A stretch of 34,989 bases of DNA from Sandaracinaceae bacterium (GTDB lineage: Bacteria > Myxococcota_A > Polyangia > Polyangiales > Sandaracinaceae), in NCBI GenBank assembly GCA_050331215.1, contig JBHJHB010000117.1, positions 64,001-98,989 on the forward strand, written 5' to 3'. Under the pieces are notes generated by a model. The model was not told where the DNA came from. It saw nothing but the letters and a program-made list of their open reading frames with translations, and did not search any database. The position numbers and the translations under genes were made by a program. Positions 18,923-32,162 of the stretch are shown in pieces (within the stretch, counting starts at the first letter, position 1; each line of letters opens with the position of its first letter).

Positions 18923-20074
18923 TCACCCCCACAGCTCGTCGTAGCTCGCCCCCCAGCCGAGGACCGCGCGGCGCGCCAGCACGGGGTAGGCGGCGGCGCC
19001 CAGGACCTGGTGGACGCGGTGGGCGAGCCGGCTGTCCATCCGCTCGAGCGGCACCCCGTGCCCCTGGAGCCGGAAAGCCGAGAAGCCCGGCTGGTCCGCG
19101 AACAGGACCCGGAGGCCCGTGACCTCGCGGCGCCTCATCAGCGCCCCAGCGATCGCCTTGCCGGGGCTGAGGCCGAACCCGGTCGCGATGCTCGACGCGA
19201 CGCCGAGGGTGCTCATCGCCGCCCCGACCAGGTCCCGCCGGGGGTCGAGGCGAAAGTCGAGCATCTCCACGCCGGGCTGGGGCTGCTGGTGTGAGGTCGG
19301 CGCGCCGAAGATCCGGACCAGGGTGTGGCCGAGGTCGTGGGCGGACATCGGGCTCATCCAGCGGTCGTCGCGCATGCCCGGCCCGCCGAGGCGGATCCGA
19401 TGGGCGAGCACGACGCGGCCGACGAAGTCCCGACCCGCCGCGGCGGCGAGGCCCCCCTCGGCGGCCGCTCGGGCCAGCTGGGCCAGCATCGACCGCGCCT
19501 CGGGGTCGTCGGACCAGAGGGCGCCGGCCGTGGTCGCCGCCCCCGTCGGGTCCCCGTCCGTCGCCTGAACGAAGGGGGTCGCTGGCTCGGCCCGGGCCTC
19601 CACCGGTACGGCGCCGAGGGCGCGGTAGAACGCGCCGAGCGCCGGCACGGCCTCGGCCACCGTGACGTCCAGGGTGCCGGACGGCCCCTTCAGCACGAGC
19701 TTCCGCGACAGCACGCTGTCCTTCACGTCCACGCCCACGAGGTCCGCGTGGGCGACGGCGCCTCGCGTCCCGTTCAGGGTCAGGGGGCCCGCGATCGACG
19801 ACCAGCCGCTGACGACGGTCCGACGGTCGGTGAGCGCGACCGCGATCCGATGCTCGTTCCCCTTCGGCGTGTCCCGCCAGAGCACCGACGCGAGGACCCG
19901 CTCCCCCGCCAGGTGATCGCGGCCGACCCCGGCCCCCGCAACGGCCTCCGCGCCGGCCCGCGCCGCCCCATCGAACAGCGCCAGCGTGAGCTCCGAGCTG
20001 TCGAACATGCTGGGCCGACGCTCGATCGGCCGGAGCGTGCGGTGCACGAGGGCGCGGAGGGGCGAGTCGCTCAT
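18923..20074 (-). CDS. Hypothetical protein (383 aa), co-oriented with and immediately upstream of the Rieske gene
   Basis: A clean ORF with ATG at 20074. I recognise no motif. Confidence 0.5.
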   Translation of the reverse strand: MSDSPLRALVHRTLRPIERRPSMFDSSELTLALFDGAARAGAEAVAGAGVGRDHLAGERVLASVLWRDTPKGNEHRIAVALTDRRTVVSGWSSIAGPLTLNGTRGAVAHADLVGVDVKDSVLSRKLVLKGPSGTLDVTVAEAVPALGAFYRALGAVPVEARAEPATPFVQATDGDPTGAATTAGALWSDDPEARSMLAQLARAAAEGGLAAAAGRDFVGRVVLAHRIRLGGPGMRDDRWMSPMSAHDLGHTLVRIFGAPTSHQQPQPGVEMLDFRLDPRRDLVGAAMSTLGVASSIATGFGLSPGKAIAGALMRRREVTGLRVLFADQPGFSAFRLQGHGVPLERMDSRLAHRVHQVLGAAAYPVLARRAVLGWGASYDELWG

Positions 20075-20310
20075 GGCACCGGAATCATGGCCGATGAGCG
20101 GCCGGCCAGCCGGGCGCCGGGTGACGAATCCGGACCGTCTCGGCGAAGGGAAGCCGCGTCAACACGGCGGCCGGGGCAGGCCGTGGCCTCGCAGGGCCGC
20201 GGCGTCGGTCACGGCGGGCATGGTCACCTCCGGTCCCCGACCCCGGAGCAACCCGCCGTCGGGGGGATCCTTCCCGTCGACCGTTCGGGCGCCGTGGTAC
20301 ACGTCGGGCC

Positions 20311-21528
20311 GTGGGAACGTCCCTGATGCGCGCTTGGCTCACCCTCCTCCTCTTGACCGCGTGCCAGCAGCCCCCGCCCGGCCAGGCGACGATCCGGCCG
20401 CCCCCCGCATCGACCGAGGGGTCGGACCGGGAGGCGGCGGAGGCCGCGCCGCCACCGCCCACCGTGGTCGACCGGCGGCCCGAGGGGACCGCGGAGCCCG
20501 GCCCGGCGGAGCCCGAGCCGGCGCAGCCCGGGCCGACCGAGCCGGGCCCGCCCCCACCACCGGCGCCGCCCTCGACCGAGCCGCCCGAGCTCGACGCGCA
20601 CGGCCGGGACCCCCGCGTCGTCGCGGCCCAGACCACGGTGGACCGGGCGACCCTCGAGCGGCACCTCCGCGCGCTGGTCGGCCCGGTCCGCCTCACCGAG
20701 GACCGAGCCCGCCATCAGGCCGGCACGGACTACATCGCGGAGCAGCTCGGCGGGGTGGGCGTGGCGGTCAGCCGCCAGACCGTCGACTACCGCGGCATCC
20801 CGGCCGAGAACGTCATCGGCGAGCACCGGGGCACGGAGCCCGGGTCCGTGGTGGTGGTCGGCGCCCACTACGATACGGTCAGCGCCTCGCCCGGCGCCGA
20901 CGACAACGGGAGCGGCGTGGCCGCGATGCTGACGATCGCGAGGGCCCTCGAGGGGGTGGCCACCCGCGCTACGGTCCGCTTCGTCGCCTTCGCCCTCGGC
21001 GAGGAGGGGCGCCGCGGGAGCCGGGCCTACGTGGGCGGGCTGTCCCGCGCGGAGCGGCAGGCGATCGAGGCCGCCGTGGTCCTCGACGGGATCGCCTACC
21101 GGGATACGCGCCCCGGCTCCCAGCAGTTCCCCCTCGCGGCGCGGGCGCTGTTCGGCGGCCAGCGCCTGCCGTCGGTCGCCGACTTCATCGGCGCCGTCTG
21201 GCTCGACGACACGCCGCGTCCGGTGCTCGACGCGGTGACGGCCGCCGCGTCCTACCGCGGGGAGCTGTCCGTCGAGACCCTGGCGATCGATCGCGGCATG
21301 CTCGCGCAGGCGCCCGACTCGCTCCGGGGGGACTACACGGCGTTCTGGGACGCGGGGATCCCGGCGATCGCGGTCACCGACACGGGGCCGCTCCGCAGCC
21401 CGCACTACCACGCGCGGACCGACACCCTCGACACGCTCGACCTCGCCTTCGCCCGCGACGTGACGCGGTGGCTGACCGGCGTCGTCCTGACGCTGGCCGA
21501 GGTGGTGCCGCCGGCCCGGCCGACCTGA
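20311..21528 (+). CDS. M28-family zinc aminopeptidase lipoprotein with a Pro-rich linker
   Basis: The signal is MRAWLTLLLLTA|C with a lipobox, followed by a P/E-rich linker. The M28 core is HYDTV ... DDNGSGVAAMLTIARAL ... FVAFALGEEG (the D-D-N-G-SG metal-binding motif). The start is either ATG 20311 or ATG 20326. Confidence 0.8.
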   Translation: MGTSLMRAWLTLLLLTACQQPPPGQATIRPPPASTEGSDREAAEAAPPPPTVVDRRPEGTAEPGPAEPEPAQPGPTEPGPPPPPAPPSTEPPELDAHGRDPRVVAAQTTVDRATLERHLRALVGPVRLTEDRARHQAGTDYIAEQLGGVGVAVSRQTVDYRGIPAENVIGEHRGTEPGSVVVVGAHYDTVSASPGADDNGSGVAAMLTIARALEGVATRATVRFVAFALGEEGRRGSRAYVGGLSRAERQAIEAAVVLDGIAYRDTRPGSQQFPLAARALFGGQRLPSVADFIGAVWLDDTPRPVLDAVTAAASYRGELSVETLAIDRGMLAQAPDSLRGDYTAFWDAGIPAIAVTDTGPLRSPHYHARTDTLDTLDLAFARDVTRWLTGVVLTLAEVVPPARPT

Positions 21529-21550
21529 GCTCGGGCCCCGGGAGCCCGCG

Positions 21551-21949
21551 CTACAGCACGCGCCGGATCGACGCCATCAACGTCGGGGTGTGCTTGTCGA
21601 TCGAGACCCTCGCGAAGCCCACCTTCACGTCGTTCGGGACGCCTACGGCGACCGCGATCCGGTTGTTCTTCTCGGGGACCCGGATGAAGAACGTGCTCCT
21701 CTTCGTCTCGAGGATCAGCTCTTTGAACTCCAGCATCGCCTCGCGGATCATCTCATTGCGGCCATGCTGCTGGCCGTGGGTCACGATGCCGAGCACTTGC
21801 CCGAAGGCCGCCGCGATCGTCTCCTTGTCGTCCTTGAACTCCGCCGTCGAGATCCCGAGCGGGAGACCCGACTCCATCTCGAAGCAGAGGGCGAAGTAGC
21901 AGCGGTCGATCTCCCTGCGGATGCCGTCCAGCGCGGTGTCGAGATCCAT
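21551..21949 (-). CDS. Hypothetical small protein (132 aa), possibly roadblock/LC7-like
   Basis: The ATG at 21949 lies 14 nt after the stop of the upstream roadblock-like gene. Its size and secondary-structure pattern are similar to that neighbour. The family assignment is weak. Confidence 0.5.
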   Translation of the reverse strand: MDLDTALDGIRREIDRCYFALCFEMESGLPLGISTAEFKDDKETIAAAFGQVLGIVTHGQQHGRNEMIREAMLEFKELILETKRSTFFIRVPEKNNRIAVAVGVPNDVKVGFARVSIDKHTPTLMASIRRVL

Positions 21950-21963
21950 GGCGAACGCTCCCC

Positions 21964-22353
21964 TCACGCGCGCCCGAGCAGGCGCACCGCCCGCTCGAGG
22001 CCCCGCTTGCTGACCACGCGGAGCATGCCGAGGCTGCCCCGGTTCGTGTCGCAGGCGACCATGGCCACGAGCGTCTGCGTGCGGTCCATCGTCATGAAGA
22101 AGATCGCCGGCTCGAGGTCGAGGACGACGCTGTGCATCTCGCCGGTGATCCGATCCGGCAGCATCTGGAGAAAGCGCGTCATGCGCCCGAAGATGCGCAC
22201 GTGGCTCTCGTTCATATGGTCGATCTGCGTGTCGGGCACGGACGAGTCGACGGCGAGCATCCGCCCGTCGGACACGCTGAAGAAGCCGGCCGCCATCGAC
22301 CCCGGTACCTGCCGTCGCATGTCCAGGCAGAGCGCTTGAAGCTGTTCGTTCAT
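21964..22353 (-). CDS. Roadblock/LC7 (MglB-like) domain protein
   Basis: A 129-aa protein with a roadblock-type pattern (GSMAAGFFSVSDGRMLAV ... FFMTMDRTQTLVAMVACD). The ATG at 22353 lies 46 nt downstream of the ligA stop, in the same orientation. Confidence 0.55.
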   Translation of the reverse strand: MNEQLQALCLDMRRQVPGSMAAGFFSVSDGRMLAVDSSVPDTQIDHMNESHVRIFGRMTRFLQMLPDRITGEMHSVVLDLEPAIFFMTMDRTQTLVAMVACDTNRGSLGMLRVVSKRGLERAVRLLGRA

Positions 22354-22399
22354 CTACGTCGTTCTCCCCTCGCCGACCCACCGCCGGCCTGCTGTTCCG

Positions 22400-28243
<5,844 letters not shown>

Positions 28244-28308
28244 AACGCCGAACCCCTCGGATCGCCAGCCAACGCGCCGTTTTATCCCCCCGGGCGCGGG
28301 CGCGAGGT

Positions 28309-28343
28309 GCGTAACGCGTTACGCTGCGTAAGAAGCTACGCAG
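28309..28343. promoter_or_regulatory. Candidate operator: a 16-bp perfect palindrome immediately followed by a 7-6-7 inverted repeat sharing the CGTAA half-site
   Basis: GCGTAACGCGTTACGC (28309-28324) is followed by CTGCGTA-AGAAGC-TACGCAG (28324-28343). The pair lies 14-48 bp upstream of the ATG at 28357, in the 113-bp gap after the PP2C stop. Alternatively it is a Rho-independent-like terminator for the PP2C gene, although no U-tract is present. Confidence 0.4.
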
Positions 28344-28356
28344 TCAGGGCGGATCG

Positions 28357-29994
28357 ATGGCTCGTCTCCTCCTCAAGAACGCACGTATCGTAGATGGCAC
28401 GAACGCACCCGCGTTCGACGGCGACGTCCTGATCGAGGACGAGCGCATCGCCGAGGTCGGCGACGCACAGCTCACCCCGGACGAGGTGGTCGACGTCGGC
28501 GGGGCGGTCGTTGCGCCGGGGTTCATCGACGTGCACTCCCACGGCGACTTCGGGCTGCTGTCGGATGGCGAGACGCGCCCCAAGACCCTGCAGGGCGTGA
28601 CGACGGAGGTCGTCTGCAACTGTGGGCTCGGCCTCTTCCCGGCGAACGGCGCCGTCGAGGCCTACTACGAGATGCTCGGCCCGATGATCTTCGGCGAAGA
28701 GGGGGGCCGCTGCCTGCCCCACCTCCAGGCCTTCCGGGGCGCGGCGCACAAGCGCGGGATCAGCGTCAACGCGGCCTGCCTGGTGCCCCACGGCAACGTC
28801 CGCGTCGCCGCGATGGGCGTCGAGGAGCGGGAGCCGAGCGAGGCGGAGCTCGGCCACATGAAGGAGCTCGTCGAGGAGGGGATGGACCAGGGGGCCTTCG
28901 GCCTCTCGAGCGGCCTCGTCTACCCGCCGGGGTCCTACGCGGCGACGGACGAGCTGATCGAGCTGGCCCGGGTCGTCCAGCCGTTCGGCGGCATGTACGC
29001 GACCCACATGCGGGACGAGGGGACGCAGGTGGTCGAGGCCCTGGAGGAAGCGATCTTCATCGGGCAGGAGGCGGGCGTCCCGGTCCAGATCTCCCACCAC
29101 AAGGTCGCCGGCCGCTTCAATTGGGGCAAGACGAAGCGGACCCTGGCCCGGATCGAGGAGGCCCAGGCGAACGGCCAGGACGTCACCAGCGACGTCTACC
29201 CGTACACGGCCGGCTCGACCGTGTTGAGCACGATCTTCATCCCTCAGTGGGCGTTCGAAGGGGGGCTGCCCCAGCTGATGGTCCGCCTGCAGGACCCCGA
29301 AGCCCGCGAGCGGATCGTCGAGACCGGCAAGGAGCGCACGCTCCAGATGGCCAAGCTGCCGGGCGTCTGGGACCGGCTCGTGCCGAAGCGGCTGCTGCTG
29401 CCGCTGATCATGCGCGAGATCGCCAAGGTGATCGTGCTGAGCAGCGTCCCCGTCCAGTCCCACCTCGAAGGCATGAGCCTCTGGGAGATCGCGCGGCAGC
29501 GCCGCCAGCCGCTCTACGACGCGCTGATGGACCTGCTCGTCGAAGAGAACACCGCCGTCGCCGCGATCGCCTTCGTCATGGCCGAAGAGGACGTCCAGCG
29601 CGTGATGACCCATCCGACCACCATGTTCGGGACGGACGGCTTCGATCAGCGGCACGGCAAGCCGCATCCACGCACGTTCGGCACCTACCCCAGGGTTCTG
29701 CAGCACTACACCCGCGAAGAGGGCGTCCTCGGCCTCGAGACCGCGATCCACAAGATGACGGGGATGGTGGCGCGCAAGCTCGGCCTGAGGGACCGGGGCG
29801 TGCTCGAGCCAGGCGCTCACGCCGACGTCGTCGTCTTCGATCCTGCCACGGTCGAGGACCACGCCACCTACGCCGAGCCACGGCGCCACCCGACTGGCTT
29901 CAAGCACCTCTTCGTCAACGGCCGCTGGACCGTCCGTCACGGACGCCATACCGGGGCGCGGGCCGGCCGGGTGCTCAGCTCGCGCCCGCGTTGA
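28357..29994 (+). CDS. Amidohydrolase-family N-acyl-D-amino-acid deacylase (D-aminoacylase)-like enzyme
   Basis: The protein has the N-terminal LKNARIVDG...APGFIDVHSHGD metal-binding HxH motif and middle and C-terminal amidohydrolase segments (YATHMRDEG; GTDG). Overall it is collinear with the D-aminoacylase architecture. Confidence 0.8.
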   Translation: MARLLLKNARIVDGTNAPAFDGDVLIEDERIAEVGDAQLTPDEVVDVGGAVVAPGFIDVHSHGDFGLLSDGETRPKTLQGVTTEVVCNCGLGLFPANGAVEAYYEMLGPMIFGEEGGRCLPHLQAFRGAAHKRGISVNAACLVPHGNVRVAAMGVEEREPSEAELGHMKELVEEGMDQGAFGLSSGLVYPPGSYAATDELIELARVVQPFGGMYATHMRDEGTQVVEALEEAIFIGQEAGVPVQISHHKVAGRFNWGKTKRTLARIEEAQANGQDVTSDVYPYTAGSTVLSTIFIPQWAFEGGLPQLMVRLQDPEARERIVETGKERTLQMAKLPGVWDRLVPKRLLLPLIMREIAKVIVLSSVPVQSHLEGMSLWEIARQRRQPLYDALMDLLVEENTAVAAIAFVMAEEDVQRVMTHPTTMFGTDGFDQRHGKPHPRTFGTYPRVLQHYTREEGVLGLETAIHKMTGMVARKLGLRDRGVLEPGAHADVVVFDPATVEDHATYAEPRRHPTGFKHLFVNGRWTVRHGRHTGARAGRVLSSRPR

Positions 29995-30028
29995 CGGGAG
30001 GGGGCGCTCGGGGCCAGCGTCCCGAGCG

Positions 30029-31936
30029 ATGAAGCGGGAGCTGCGCCTCGGGGGCGTGGGCCGAGCGGACGTCGACGCAGCCTGTCGACGGCTCGGCCTA
30101 CACCTCGCGAACGTTCTGCCGGCCGACGGGCGCGAGCCGCGCCGCATCGTGGCGGCGGCCAACAACGGCGTGGACCTCGTGACCTTCCGGGAGGAAGCCG
30201 ACGGTCTCGTCCGGAGCGTGGAGATCGTGGGCCACGCGCCCCACGAGACCACCGAGCGGCTCCGCCAGGCGCTCGGCGGCCACCTCGTCGAAGGGATCGA
30301 GGAGCAGGTACGCGAGCCCGTCGGCGGCGCAGGCGTGGCCGGCAGCGTTCCCGGCCCTCCGGCGGGGGCGGCGGCGACCCCCGACCGGGCCGACCGATCG
30401 CGCCGGCCGGTCGCCGAGGCGCGCCTGCCTCGAGCCGAGCTCCCGGTTCGCCCTCGCCTCGCGGGCGACGTTTCGGCTCGCGTCCACGTCCGCGGCGGGA
30501 CCGGCGAGGTGAGGCTCTCCGCGCCGGGCCGCGGTACGGTCGCGGTCCTCACCCCGGACGCGTGGCGGCTTCTGCGCGCGGCGGACGGAACCCGGGACCT
30601 CGACGCGCTGGCGCTGGCGGCCGCCGACCGCGACCTGCCGCTCGACGCGGCGGCGATCCGGATGACGCTCGAGGGGCTGGCCGGCGAGGGGCTGCTCGAG
30701 GATGGCCTCCCGCAGCCCGCGCGGTCCCGTCCGGTCCCCTCGCCCCCGCGGACACCGGCTACGCGGCCGCTCGAGGTGCTCCCCGACTTCCACTTGCGGT
30801 GCGATCGCGGCGGGAGCTGCTGCCGCTTCTACGGCAGCGTGACCTTCAGCGAGGAGGAGGCCAAGCGCGCCGCGGCCGTCGGCACCGTCGTCGCGCTCCC
30901 GCCGGACCTCGCCTTCACACCGGACCGGGGCGCGCGCCAGGGAGAGCTCGCGGTGGCGCTCATCGACGGGCGGTGCGCCTTCCTCGCCGCCGACGGAGCA
31001 TGCCGGATCCACCGGGAGGCCGGCGCCTCCGCCAAGCCCTACCCCTGCCGGACCTACCCGGCGAGCTTCGTCGACGACGGGGTCGCGGTGCGCGTATCGG
31101 CGATGCCGGAGTGCGCCTGCGTGTTTCGAAGCGCGCTGGTCGACGCCCAGCTCAGCGCCCCCCTCCCCGAGCCGGTCGACGCCCCGCGCGACCTCCGCTT
31201 CGACCCGGGCTGGGGCCAGCCCCTCGTACCGCCATCAGCTCGCGTCTTCGGGGACCTGCCGCCCCAGGCGACGGTCCGGGCCCTGGGGAGCCCCGTCGCG
31301 CTCACGGCCCGGGCGGCCGTCGGTGCCGCCGACGTGCGGCGCATCAGCCTCGCGCTTGCCGACGCCTGCGCGAGGGCGAAGGACCCGGCAGCCTTCGCGT
31401 TCCGGCTGGCCGACGCGCTCGAGAGCAGCGCGGATGCCATCCCGGTGCAGGCGAGCGAGCGGCGGGCGAGCGAGCGGCGGCCGCACGAACACGTCGCGCA
31501 CGCCATCGGACGCGCAGCCGAGCGGGAAGCCGGGGGGCCGGGCGCGACCGCCGTCGCGTGGCTGCGGCGGCTCGCTGATCGCGTCCAGCGGGTCCGCGAC
31601 GACGACGCGCGCGCCACCGGGTCGTCAGCGCTGAGCCACCGTACCGCCGCGTGGCTCGCCCGATCGTTGGCCGACGGGGGAGCGCGCGTGGAGCCGCCGA
31701 CCGACGTGGCGGCGGAGCGGTTCTACCTGCGCGCTCTCGCCTTCGGCCACCGCGTGGCCCTCGAAGGGCGCCCCCTCAGCCACGGCCTTCGGGACCGGGG
31801 CACGCGGATCCTGGCGGCCCGTCGGATGGCGCGAACCGGTCCGGAGTCCGAGGACCCTGCGGCGAGGTGGCCGCTGGCACTGGTCGAGGCCGCGCTGCGG
31901 AACCTGCGCCTCGCCGGGTACGCGGACGGGGCCTGA
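30029..31936 (+). CDS. Hypothetical protein (635 aa) with a central cysteine-cluster (YkgJ/CxxCxxCC-like) segment
   Basis: ATG at 30029. The cysteine-rich core is HLRCDRGGSCCRFYG...CAFLAADGACRIHRE...YPCRTYP...PECAC, resembling the putative Fe/Zn-chelating YkgJ domain. The rest is Ala/Arg-rich with no recognised domain. Confidence 0.55.
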   Translation: MKRELRLGGVGRADVDAACRRLGLHLANVLPADGREPRRIVAAANNGVDLVTFREEADGLVRSVEIVGHAPHETTERLRQALGGHLVEGIEEQVREPVGGAGVAGSVPGPPAGAAATPDRADRSRRPVAEARLPRAELPVRPRLAGDVSARVHVRGGTGEVRLSAPGRGTVAVLTPDAWRLLRAADGTRDLDALALAAADRDLPLDAAAIRMTLEGLAGEGLLEDGLPQPARSRPVPSPPRTPATRPLEVLPDFHLRCDRGGSCCRFYGSVTFSEEEAKRAAAVGTVVALPPDLAFTPDRGARQGELAVALIDGRCAFLAADGACRIHREAGASAKPYPCRTYPASFVDDGVAVRVSAMPECACVFRSALVDAQLSAPLPEPVDAPRDLRFDPGWGQPLVPPSARVFGDLPPQATVRALGSPVALTARAAVGAADVRRISLALADACARAKDPAAFAFRLADALESSADAIPVQASERRASERRPHEHVAHAIGRAAEREAGGPGATAVAWLRRLADRVQRVRDDDARATGSSALSHRTAAWLARSLADGGARVEPPTDVAAERFYLRALAFGHRVALEGRPLSHGLRDRGTRILAARRMARTGPESEDPAARWPLALVEAALRNLRLAGYADGA

Positions 31937-32162
31937 CGCCAGCTCCGCGTGCGGCCGGCATCGCCGGGACACAGGCTCAGCCTCCTGGGACGGAGTCTTG
32001 CGCGACCATCGGCGCGCCTGGCGACTCACCGGGCGAAGCGCGCAGCCCGCCTCCGCCCGCGCTCCCGGTTCCGCAGGTCTGACCGCTCCGGGCGCACCCG
32101 GACGCGGGTGGCAGGCGACGCGCGGCGGAGCCGATTGCATTACCGGCGGGCCGACCACTGCG

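Noticed and set aside
20075-20310. 236-bp divergent region upstream of the M28 peptidase gene containing a CCCCGAC...GTCGGGG inverted repeat
   Set aside because: A 7-bp stem with a 17-nt loop. It is not distinguishable from chance in GC-rich sequence and has no flanking repeat structure.
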